NCBI GenBank assembly: GCA_963775465.1
Contig: CAVZIW010000003.1
Span: 128,001 to 192,000, forward strand
DNA: 64,000 nucleotides
Reading direction: 5' to 3'
Source of the DNA: Candidatus Bathyarchaeota archaeon
Lineage (GTDB): Archaea; Thermoproteota; Bathyarchaeia; Bathyarchaeales; Bathycorpusculaceae
Below, piece after piece: positions 1 to 8,875 of the stretch. A model generated the notes under the pieces. It was not told where the DNA came from, did no database searches, and was given only the letters and a program-made list of their open reading frames with translations. Position numbers and translations under genes: made by a program. The first letter of the stretch is position 1. Each line of letters starts with the position of its first letter.

Positions 1-36
1 ACAACGTGACCGCAGAAAAGCTTTCAAAAACAAGTT

Positions 37-366
37 TTATAGAAAACCTGCTTCTTTGAGCTTCAGGGCCGTAGCTATATTACCTCTGAACTGAATTCTG
101 CCAGTAAAGAAAGCTTTTTCAGCACTCAATCTTTCGTTGACCAAATCCATAAAATCATTCTCATTCATCTTTAAAGTCAAAGACGGCGAGGGCGCTACTC
201 CCTCGGTTACCTGTAGTTTTTTATCTTTAATAGTAACTGTCCAGTTGCCGCCATCGGGCCCAGTAATATTTATTTGAGTAACCACGTCGATGTCTTTTGC
301 TTTTTCAGGCTTAAACCGCCCTGGCAAAGCATTATCGAAGAATTCTCTAGGCGATTTTACTTCCAT
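37..366 (-). CDS. SCP2 sterol/lipid-binding domain protein
   Basis: 109 aa with an SCP2-like pattern (W-x-V-x-I...PSLTLKM...F..L..L.AEKAFFTGRIQFRGN). Confidence 0.8.
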   Translation of the reverse strand: MEVKSPREFFDNALPGRFKPEKAKDIDVVTQINITGPDGGNWTVTIKDKKLQVTEGVAPSPSLTLKMNENDFMDLVNERLSAEKAFFTGRIQFRGNIATALKLKEAGFL

Positions 367-428
367 CTTTCTCGACCCAACTTTTTGATGCTATAACCAT
401 ATAACCGAATTATTGAAACTTTTCTACT

Positions 429-1188
429 CTACCTGAAGAGGTCTTTTTCCCTGGGCCTGGTCATATCTGTTGGTACCGCTTTACCTGCAACTTGGTAACT
501 GTAACCACGGATAATCGCAACCGGAAATCCTTCATTAGCTTGCCCAATCACCAACTCTGCGGCAGAAGCTAGCTCATCTGCTATAGCAGTTTGCTTAACT
601 CTAAGGACATAACCAAAAAGGTCCTTTTCTCCTCGCCTGTCTCGAATAGGCTTGATTCCCGAAACGCCAATAGCCACGTTAATCTCACCGTTTCTGAACG
701 GTCTGCCATGAGTGTCCGAAACAATAACCGCAACATTAGCCCCTGTTAAACGTTTTATATCCCGCTTTATTCTATCAGCAGAAGAGTTCGGGTCCTTAGG
801 AAGTGGCACCACGTTTCTTTCTCCTGCTACATTGGATCTGTCCACTCCAGCATTGGCGCAGATTATACCGTTCTTGGTTTCTGTTATTATGCTGTTTTCT
901 CCAATGCGGATTATGTCTTTGGATTCTCTTAGGACAACTTCAACCATAGCGGGGTCTTTACCTGTCTTCACAGCGATTTCTTTCGCCTGTTCCGAAGGAA
1001 TTAAAGAGTCAAGATTGACGATGTTACCTTCAGCCTTGGAAACCACAACATGGGTGATCACAACAACATCATTTTCTAAGTATAGGCGTACCCTGTTTTG
1101 CTGCAGCGTTAGAAATAAGCTGTGCTAAGTCATCTCCCGTAACTATCAAAGGTAGACCTTCAACGGCAATTATCTGTATAGCGTCCAC
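429..1188 (-). CDS. cofE: Coenzyme F420-0:L-glutamate ligase, interrupted by a +1 frameshift near 1080 (pseudogene or sequence error)
   Basis: Motifs VSKAEG, ANAGVDRSN, VIVSDTHGRPFRNG, ADELASAA. The N-terminus MDAIQIIAVEGLPLIVTGDDLAQLI starts at GTG 1188 after an AGGAG RBS, in a different frame from ORF 429..1061. Confidence 0.85.
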
Positions 1189-1337
1189 TTCTATGATTCT
1201 CCTGAGTTTATAGATTGCTACGGAAAATTAGCTTTAAAGCTTACTGTACAACTCAATCTTATTAAGGTAAAAAATGCCAATAATTGACAAGTTTTAAATC
1301 CACTTACCGCCTTATTAGGAGTAACTAGCCGTTTTCT

Positions 1338-4016
1338 ATGGTGTTAAAGATGGGCATCGAGAAACTTAACCATCTGTTTAATCCTAAACGGATAGCAGTG
1401 ATAGGCGCAAGTGACAGAGACCACTCCATAGGCGGCAAAATTCTCAGAAACCTTATCGGCGTCGGCTTTAAGGGTTCAGTCTTCCCAGTTAACGCATTTA
1501 GCGATACCGTGCACGGAATAACTGCGTACCCAAGCATCAGCAAAATCCCGCGCGTAGTCGACTTAGCAATAATCGCTACACCAGCACACACAATTCCTCA
1601 GATTGTTGAGGAATGCGGGAAAGCAGGCGTCTCAGGATTAATTATTTGTTCGGCAGGCTTTCAAGAAACTGGCGAAGAAGGCATTGCAATACAGGAAAAA
1701 ATTGCAACAACCCAAAAAAAATATGGTATGCGCATTATCGGCCCAAACAGTTTCGGTATAATTAGACCAAAAATAAATCTCTACGCCACCTTCGCAGACG
1801 CAACTGCATCTGCGGGAAAAATCGCTTTCATCTCCCAAAGTGCAGCACTATGTGCCTCTGCACTAGATTGGGGAACGGAAGCTCACGTAGGATTTAGCGC
1901 TGTAATATCAACCGGATCAATGCTCGATGTAGACCTTGGAGATTTGATTGATTATTTTGGTGTTGACCCTCAAACCAAAAGCATAGTTTTGTATGTTGAA
2001 GCAATAAAAAACCCTCGAAAATTCATGAGCGCTGCAAGAGGTTTCGCTCGAAGCAAACCAATAATAGTCGTTAAGGCGGGTCGTTTTCAGGAATGCGTAA
2101 TCCCTACGCTTTCTCATAGTGGTTCTTTAGCCGGAGAGGACGCCGTTTATGATTCAGCGTTCAAACGAGCGGGAGTAGTTAGAGTAGAAACAATGATTGA
2201 TTTGTTTAACTGCGCTGAAACCTTAGCAATGCAGCCTAATCCAACAGGACCTAACCTAACGATAATTACAAATGCGGGGGGACCTGGCATAATGGCCACA
2301 GATCATCTCATAAGCAAAAGTGGAAAAATAGCGCCTCTAAGTCAAGAAACTACCAAAGCGCTAAAAAACATTTTACCAGCTTACTGTTGCACTGCAAACC
2401 CAATCGACATCTTTGAGGAAGCAACACCTGAAAGATACAAAGATGTCATAGAACTCTCGCTAAAAGATTTCAACAGCAACGGTTTTTTACTTATTTACGC
2501 ACCTCAAGCTGCCACCGACCCATTTTCCTTAGCAAAAATAATAGTCGAGCAGTCTAAGGAGACAAAAAAACCCATACTAACTTGCTTGATGGGCGGCGAT
2601 TATAGGTGTCGAAAAGCCCGCAGTTTTCTACAAAGCCACGGGATTCCTACTTTTCTAACTCCCGAGCAGGCTGTTTCAACATTTATGTATATGTACCGAT
2701 ATACCCAGGGCTTGGAGCTTCTTTACCAAACACCCGAAGAACTCTCTGTAGAACCAACGGATTCTGCAGCTCTAAAATCAATTTTAACGCATGCTCACCG
2801 TAAGGGTCAGCGAGTTCTTGGTCTTGTTGAATCTCTACGGTTCTTAGAGGCGTATAACATCCCATCTGTCAAGACTTTGGTTGCCAAAACAGCGAAAGAA
2901 GCACAAGTTGTCGCAGAAAAAGTAGGTTACCCAATTGTTATGAAGGCGTTGTCTCCTCAAGCTACTCATAAAACCAAAATCGCAGGTGTGATTCTGAATG
3001 TTTGTTCCAAATCTGAAGTCGGTCCACGCTTTGATAAACTGGTTAAAAACATAAAAGAATTAGGAAACGCTGCAGAATTTCATGGTGTGGCAATTCAGCC
3101 TATGGTTTTCAACAAAGGTTACGAGGTACTGATTGGTTCTAAAAAAGACCCCCAATTTGGGTCAGTAATCCTGTTTGGAAGAGGTGGAACAAACACTGAA
3201 ATGATGAAGGACGTAAGCATTGGTTTTCCACCATTAAATCAAGTGCTAGCTAGACGAATAATAGAAGATACACTCGTCTATAAACAAACAGCTCTTTCAG
3301 GATTACCCCTAAACATCAAACCAATCGAAGAAGCCCTTGTAAAACTCTCTCAACTAGTAATTGATTTTCCCGAAATTAAAGAAATCGACATAAACCCCCT
3401 CATAGTAGACCAAAATGATGCAATAGCTGTTGATGCACGAATAGTCATAGACCAGAACCGAAAAATAAAAAGCCAAAGCTCTTATGAACACCTCGCCATC
3501 GCTCCTTACCCCCGAAGATACAACTGTAGTTGGACAGCCAAAAACGGTAACATCCTAATGCTACGGTCAATTAAGCCCGAAGACGAAGTAAGATTCTCCG
3601 AGCTATTCAAATCTCTATCACCACAGACTATGCGTTATCGATTCTTCGAAATTATCAAAGAACTGCCTCATGAAACCTTAACACGTTATTGTAACTTGGA
3701 TTATGACCGGGAAATTGCAATTGTTGCAGAACTTCCTGAGAATAGATGTATAATCGGTGTCGGACGCTTAATAATCGACCCGTTCGGCAAAAGGGGAGAA
3801 TACGCCGTTTTAGTTGGCGACAAATGGCAAGGCCTTGGAGTAGGTCTCAAACTTATGGAAACTTTGGTTCAAATCGCTAAAGATAAGCATCTGGAAAAAA
3901 TCTACGGTTATATCATGTCAGACAACTATAAGATGCTCAACTTATGTGAGGGTTTAGGCTTCAAAACAGAGAATCTTGAAGACGAGGTCATAGTCTTGTC
4001 TTTAGCTTTGTCTTAA
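1338..4016 (+). CDS. ADP-forming acyl-CoA synthetase (alpha+beta) fused to a C-terminal GNAT acetyltransferase (ACD/Pat family)
   Basis: IAVIGAS CoA-binding region, GPNSFG, SQSAAL, SHSGSLAG phospho-His, TNAGGPG, ATP-grasp EIDINPL..DARI, GNAT WQGLGVG. Confidence 0.9.
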   Translation: MVLKMGIEKLNHLFNPKRIAVIGASDRDHSIGGKILRNLIGVGFKGSVFPVNAFSDTVHGITAYPSISKIPRVVDLAIIATPAHTIPQIVEECGKAGVSGLIICSAGFQETGEEGIAIQEKIATTQKKYGMRIIGPNSFGIIRPKINLYATFADATASAGKIAFISQSAALCASALDWGTEAHVGFSAVISTGSMLDVDLGDLIDYFGVDPQTKSIVLYVEAIKNPRKFMSAARGFARSKPIIVVKAGRFQECVIPTLSHSGSLAGEDAVYDSAFKRAGVVRVETMIDLFNCAETLAMQPNPTGPNLTIITNAGGPGIMATDHLISKSGKIAPLSQETTKALKNILPAYCCTANPIDIFEEATPERYKDVIELSLKDFNSNGFLLIYAPQAATDPFSLAKIIVEQSKETKKPILTCLMGGDYRCRKARSFLQSHGIPTFLTPEQAVSTFMYMYRYTQGLELLYQTPEELSVEPTDSAALKSILTHAHRKGQRVLGLVESLRFLEAYNIPSVKTLVAKTAKEAQVVAEKVGYPIVMKALSPQATHKTKIAGVILNVCSKSEVGPRFDKLVKNIKELGNAAEFHGVAIQPMVFNKGYEVLIGSKKDPQFGSVILFGRGGTNTEMMKDVSIGFPPLNQVLARRIIEDTLVYKQTALSGLPLNIKPIEEALVKLSQLVIDFPEIKEIDINPLIVDQNDAIAVDARIVIDQNRKIKSQSSYEHLAIAPYPRRYNCSWTAKNGNILMLRSIKPEDEVRFSELFKSLSPQTMRYRFFEIIKELPHETLTRYCNLDYDREIAIVAELPENRCIIGVGRLIIDPFGKRGEYAVLVGDKWQGLGVGLKLMETLVQIAKDKHLEKIYGYIMSDNYKMLNLCEGLGFKTENLEDEVIVLSLALS

Positions 4017-4017
4017 A

Positions 4018-4032
4018 CGACAGCTTTTTAAA
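4018..4032 (+). promoter_or_regulatory. Putative BRE/TATA promoter of the hypothetical-mer operon
   Basis: CGACAGC-TTTTTAAA about 40 bp upstream of the 4070 start; AGGAG RBS follows. Confidence 0.5.
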
Positions 4033-4069
4033 CATTGTGTGCACTTAATTTTCGCTATAGGAGTTAACC

Positions 4070-4381
4070 TTGATGGATTACCCTAAATTAATTGAATTGG
4101 TTCCTGCTGAGAAGTGGGGTCCTTTATCTGAAGATTTAATCGGTGTAATTTTAAACTCAAAAAGCGACGATAAAATGCCAAATACCCTTGCTAACGACAT
4201 GCTTCTACAGATGAAGAACGGAACGGCAAACACAAAGTCTGGATTAACCATACTTTTGGAAGCCGCAGTCTTAGTGGCCGCGGAAAAAACCGTTAGCGCA
4301 CTTGGTGATCTGCAACTGTTAAAAGTAGCAGAACTCATAGTTCAAAATATGCTTTCAGGAGAGAAAAAGAATGACGCTTAA
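4070..4381 (+). CDS. Hypothetical helical protein translationally coupled to mer
   Basis: AGGAG RBS, overlaps the mer start by 11 nt, fills the gap between promoter and mer. Confidence 0.7.
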   Translation: MMDYPKLIELVPAEKWGPLSEDLIGVILNSKSDDKMPNTLANDMLLQMKNGTANTKSGLTILLEAAVLVAAEKTVSALGDLQLLKVAELIVQNMLSGEKKNDA

Positions 4382-5369
4382 ATTCGGTATAGAATTCGTT
4401 CCAAAAGACCCTTACTGGAAACTAGCTGCCTACGCAATCCAAGCAGAAAACAAGGGTTTTAGTAACCTTTGGGTAACAGACCACTTCGGAAATCGCAATG
4501 TCTATGTTACCTTAGCTGCCGCAGCTCTGTACACAAAGAAGATCACTTTCGGTACGGGTGTAACTAACCCTTGGATGGTTAACCCAGTTATTACTGCTCA
4601 ATCTATCGCTACTCTCAATGAATTAGCACCTGGGAGAGTGGTGCTTGGCATCGGCGCAGGCGACAAAACAACTTTAGAAGCAGTTGGTGTAGAAATGGCA
4701 AAACCCATGGCTGCAGTACGAGAAGCCATAGAAATATTCCGAAAACTAACCACAGGCGAAAACGTTGCCTACCAAGGCGAAATCTTCAAGACTGCAGGCG
4801 CAAAATTCAACTTTAAGACAAGAAACATAATTCCAGTTTACGTCGGTGCGCAAGGGCCAAAAATGCTAGAAATGGCTGGAAAAATCGGCGACGGCGTTCT
4901 CGTGAACGCAAGTCATCCGACCGATATTAGCTTCGCAGTTAAAATGGCAACTGAGGGTATGAAACAAGCAGGCAAATCGGCTTCAGATGTAGACATTGCA
5001 GCGTACACTTCTTTTAGCGTTAATGAAGACCCAAAGAAAGCAGTAAAAGCTGCCTCACCAGTTGTAGCCTTCATCGTTGCAGGAAGCCCTGCTCAAGTGC
5101 TTGAAAAACATGGAATTATCCCAGGTAAAGCAGATGAAATCCGCGCAGCCCTAAAAGCAGGAGATTTCCCCAAAGCTATCGGTGCAGTCACACCAGAAAT
5201 GATTAACGCTTTCTCAATCTGCGGTACACCAGATGTTTGCATTGAAAAGATTGCTGCCCTCAAAAAAATCGGCATAGGACAATTTGTAGTTGGCTCCCCA
5301 ATCGGTACAAACGTAAAACAAGCCATCGACTTGATTGGCCAAAAGATTATCCCCCAATTCAAGGATTAA
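4371..5369 (+). CDS. mer: 5,10-methylene-H4MPT reductase (F420-dependent)
   Basis: KFGIEFVP, WVTDHFGNRNVY, GVTNP, LGIGAGD, PVYVGAQGPKML, VVGSPIG. Confidence 0.93.
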   Translation: MTLKFGIEFVPKDPYWKLAAYAIQAENKGFSNLWVTDHFGNRNVYVTLAAAALYTKKITFGTGVTNPWMVNPVITAQSIATLNELAPGRVVLGIGAGDKTTLEAVGVEMAKPMAAVREAIEIFRKLTTGENVAYQGEIFKTAGAKFNFKTRNIIPVYVGAQGPKMLEMAGKIGDGVLVNASHPTDISFAVKMATEGMKQAGKSASDVDIAAYTSFSVNEDPKKAVKAASPVVAFIVAGSPAQVLEKHGIIPGKADEIRAALKAGDFPKAIGAVTPEMINAFSICGTPDVCIEKIAALKKIGIGQFVVGSPIGTNVKQAIDLIGQKIIPQFKD

Positions 5370-5463
5370 AAATCCCCGTGATACAGGCGCTTTCTTTGCG
5401 CCATACCCTAAATATTTTTAGGCTACAAATACTTCATTTTTCGGAAACCTTGAGGATCTACTG

Positions 5464-6138
5464 ATGGCTGTATACGCAGTTATCCCTGTAAAGACTCTAA
5501 ACGAGTCAAAACAACGACTTTCATCAGTTTTCACTCCGCAAGAACGAAAACAGCTAACGTTAGCCATGCTTAACGATGTCTTAAATGCCTTAAAAGGTTC
5601 AAAGATCAAAAAAACCGTCATTTCTGCAACTGACCCAGAAGTACACCAAATTGCCGAAAAATTAAGCATTGCTTATTTTTCACCGTCTCAAGATGGCTTA
5701 AACCAGGCTATCGATCAAGCAACAACTTGGTGCATCAAGGATGGTGCCGATTCAGTTCTCGTTTTGCCAGCTGACCTCCCATTTTTAACTAGCCAAGAAA
5801 TAAATCAGGTAATCAATATTGGCAGCGCTGAATCATCATTAATTGTTATATGTCCTTCTTGGGATTTGGGGACAAACGCCTTGTTCCAGAAGTCGACGAA
5901 GCAAATTTCTGCTCACTTTGGATCCAACAGTTTCATCGAGCATGCACGTCAAGCCTACTGCAACGGTATATCTGTTTGGATTCATTTTTCGCCAGGAATT
6001 TCAACGGACATTGATTCCGAGAAAGATTTGCGCAAACTTTTTGAAATTAAAAGCGATACAGAGTGCAAGAAAGTTATAGAGAAGTTAACTGGCGAAAATC
6101 AAAAACAGGAAACGGTTGGGTTATTAAAAAATAGTTAG
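5464..6138 (+). CDS. cofC: 2-phospho-L-lactate/PEP guanylyltransferase
   Basis: AVIPVK..SKQRLS, GLNQAI, LVLPADLP, GTNAL, FGSNSF..H, DIDSEKDL. Confidence 0.9.
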   Translation: MAVYAVIPVKTLNESKQRLSSVFTPQERKQLTLAMLNDVLNALKGSKIKKTVISATDPEVHQIAEKLSIAYFSPSQDGLNQAIDQATTWCIKDGADSVLVLPADLPFLTSQEINQVINIGSAESSLIVICPSWDLGTNALFQKSTKQISAHFGSNSFIEHARQAYCNGISVWIHFSPGISTDIDSEKDLRKLFEIKSDTECKKVIEKLTGENQKQETVGLLKNS

Positions 6139-6813
6139 CTATTCTCGTGGTACGCCCACTATGTGGATGCCAGCGCCTTTAATTTTGTATCTTATGTTGA
6201 TTGATATCAATGCTGCAGTTAAAGTTTCTACAACTACAGCGTTTTGGATCGGTCCCGCATCGAAAGCTTCCATTCCTATTCCCCTGATATATCCTATTAC
6301 CGTGTCGCGCGCTTCCCGATCTGCGCCACAAACCAGAACATCTGTCTCAACTTTCTCTAAACTCTCAAATTGTTCAGGTGCAATGTTCTGAAATGCCGCA
6401 ATGACTTTAACGTTTTCACCTAAAAAATCCTGCACTTCCTGGGTTATCGAACCATGGGGGTTTATTTTTGCTCGACTTTTCTTTTCAGGATCTAATGAAG
6501 AGGCGAGGTTTATGACGATTTTTCCATCGAGGCAACCTCTTATTTCGGTCAAGACGTCCATCATGCAAAAATAGGGTAGACACATAGCGATCACTTGGGC
6601 TTTGTTTGCAGCTTCAAAGTTAGTGTAACCTTCAACTACAGTTGTTTTAAACATTTGATTTATGGAGTCTGCCATTTTCTGCGCTTTTCCAGCCTCACGT
6701 GACCCAATTAAAGTTCGAGTTCCTGCTTTTGCAAAACGTTTAGCTAAGGCGCTTCCTTCTTTGCCTGTTCCTCCAATTATTGCGATTGAGGGACAAAGAT
6801 TGGGGCTTGACAT
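6139..6813 (-). CDS. fno: F420H2:NADP+ oxidoreductase
   Basis: IAIIGGTGKEGSALA, IGSR..KA, AAFQNI, DVLVCG, DAGPI.NA..VE.LTA.LI.IN. Confidence 0.9.
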   Translation of the reverse strand: MSSPNLCPSIAIIGGTGKEGSALAKRFAKAGTRTLIGSREAGKAQKMADSINQMFKTTVVEGYTNFEAANKAQVIAMCLPYFCMMDVLTEIRGCLDGKIVINLASSLDPEKKSRAKINPHGSITQEVQDFLGENVKVIAAFQNIAPEQFESLEKVETDVLVCGADREARDTVIGYIRGIGMEAFDAGPIQNAVVVETLTAALISINIRYKIKGAGIHIVGVPRE

Positions 6814-7178
6814 ATTTACTTCCTCGAATAGCTTATTCCAAAGTATAACGGACTTATAATTATTTCTCGAAATACACTTTTTAAGTACAGACTTGTACTA
6901 GATTGATCAGTCTGCCTTTCTTTTGACAAATAAAACGTTGTCTCTTCAGATTACACTTAGTTTCTTTGGTTAACTTATTATTTTAAAGCAGAGAATCTCA
7001 TTTGTGAATTCAACTTTTGTGTATCAAAACTGCCGCGGAGAACTATTACTTCTAATGTTTGATCTTCAAATCTGGCTGCCATGAACTTGAATAGAAACAA
7101 TATGTAAGATGTGAATAATTCAAAGTATTCAAGGAAATGTAAATTAACCCTAAAGACGGATTTTAAAAATGTGAGCTT

Positions 7179-7958
7179 ATGAAGGTAGCAATTTCCGGCA
7201 AAGGCGGCGTTGGTAAAACCCTCATCGCAGGTGGTTTAGCACGCGGGTTTGTTGAACGTGGACTAAAAACAATAGCGATAGATGCGGATTCTTCGCCAAA
7301 CTTGGGGTTAACATTAGGGTTAAACGCAGAAGAAACCCGTAAACTAATTCCGATTTCAGAAAATACCCCCTTAATTGACTCAAAGACCAGCACAGGCTAT
7401 TCAGGAGTATACAACCTAAACTTCAATGTTGACGATATCGTCAAGCAATACTCTGTACTTACACCTTTAGGCGCTAATCTGATCGTTATGGGTACGGTTC
7501 ACTCCATGGGAGCAGGTTGCATGTGTGCTCCTACAGCTGTCATCCGAGCACTATTAAGACACCTAGTGGTTGAACGAAACGAAGCAGTAGTTTTAGACTT
7601 GGAAGCAGGCGTAGAACACATTGGTAGAGGGACAGCGCGGGAAGTTGACGCGCTCCTAATTGTCGCCGATTCTAATCTAAAGTCACTGGAAATAGCTAAA
7701 CACATACATGACCTTGCAGCATCAGCAGGTATGAAACAGCTCTTCCTAATCGGAAACCGGGTCATGAATGAAACCCAAAGACAAGCAATCCAGGATTTTG
7801 CAGATAAAAACGGTATTTTGGTGCTTGCTTTTGTGCCTTGGGACCCAAAAGTCATTGAAGCAGATATGCTGGGTGAAACCCCCCTTAAAAACAAAGAAAT
7901 CTCCGCAGTTAAGACCATAGACAATATATGCGAGCTTTTAATTAAGAAAACAGAATAG
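7179..7958 (+). CDS. cooC: CODH/ACS nickel-insertion ATPase (CooC family)
   Basis: GKGGVGKT deviant Walker A, IDAD, GCMC, DLEAGVEH; lies upstream of the cdh operon. Confidence 0.88.
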   Translation: MKVAISGKGGVGKTLIAGGLARGFVERGLKTIAIDADSSPNLGLTLGLNAEETRKLIPISENTPLIDSKTSTGYSGVYNLNFNVDDIVKQYSVLTPLGANLIVMGTVHSMGAGCMCAPTAVIRALLRHLVVERNEAVVLDLEAGVEHIGRGTAREVDALLIVADSNLKSLEIAKHIHDLAASAGMKQLFLIGNRVMNETQRQAIQDFADKNGILVLAFVPWDPKVIEADMLGETPLKNKEISAVKTIDNICELLIKKTE

Positions 7959-7976
7959 CGCTTTGAGGTTTATTGT

Positions 7977-8741
7977 ATGAAAACTTTGGTTACTGTTGGT
8001 CGTGGCGGAACAGGAAAATCAAGTTTCACCTCCCTTATGGCCAAATGCTTCATAGAAGCGGGCATATCGCCGATTCTTCTTGTTGACGCAGATCCTGACC
8101 AAAACCTTGCTGAAATGCTTGGAGTAGACCTAAAAGAGGCAGGAAAATCAACAATAGCTGATCTCATCGTGAGTACCTTCATCGAGAAAGGCGGTACAAC
8201 TGTTGGTGTTCCTCCAACCCAACGCATTGAGAGCCGTATTTGGGAAAAAGGTCTCTACGAAGGCAAGAACTTTGATTTTATGGCTGTTGGCACAAAATGG
8301 GTGGAAGGCTGCTATTGTATGCCAAACTCGGCGCTCAAGAACGCCTTGGGCTCTCTAACAAAGAACTACAAATACGTGCTTGTCGATTCACCCGCGGGGC
8401 TAGAGAACCTAAATAGACGTATAACCTCGGAAGTCAACGACATCTTTGATATTCTTGATCATTCGAAGAAATCTCAAGATCATGTCAGACGAGCCTACAA
8501 AATAGCTAAAGAAGTTGACATGAAATTCGAAAACTTTTACATAGTTGGCGGTTACCGTTTCCCTAACGAATTGGGCAAGCAGGCTGAGGCTGACTTGAAA
8601 TTCAAATACTTAGGAAAGATCAACGCTGATGACCAACTAGACGAGTATGTTCTCGACGGAAAAAACCTTTTAGAGCTTTCAAACGACAACCAAGCTTACC
8701 TCTCAGTGAAACAAATCCTCAAAAACTTGGGTTACGTATAA
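7977..8741 (+). CDS. cooC: Second CooC/AcsF-family maturation ATPase
   Basis: GRGGTGKS, DADPD, GCYC, DSPAGLE. Confidence 0.82.
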   Translation: MKTLVTVGRGGTGKSSFTSLMAKCFIEAGISPILLVDADPDQNLAEMLGVDLKEAGKSTIADLIVSTFIEKGGTTVGVPPTQRIESRIWEKGLYEGKNFDFMAVGTKWVEGCYCMPNSALKNALGSLTKNYKYVLVDSPAGLENLNRRITSEVNDIFDILDHSKKSQDHVRRAYKIAKEVDMKFENFYIVGGYRFPNELGKQAEADLKFKYLGKINADDQLDEYVLDGKNLLELSNDNQAYLSVKQILKNLGYV

Positions 8742-8815
8742 TCCGAAATATTTACTTAATTTTTAGCAAACCTTCCATACTTGCAGCTACACCGTGACTT
8801 TTGCCAAAAAAAACT

Positions 8816-8830
8816 GGAAAGGTTTAAAAA
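8816..8830 (+). promoter_or_regulatory. Putative BRE/TATA promoter of the cdh operon
   Basis: GGAAAGG-TTTAAAAA upstream of the GAGGT RBS and TTG start of cdhA. Confidence 0.55.
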
Positions 8831-8875
8831 GTCTGTAATGCAGCTTAGACATAAACCTTTACAGAGGTTTACAAT

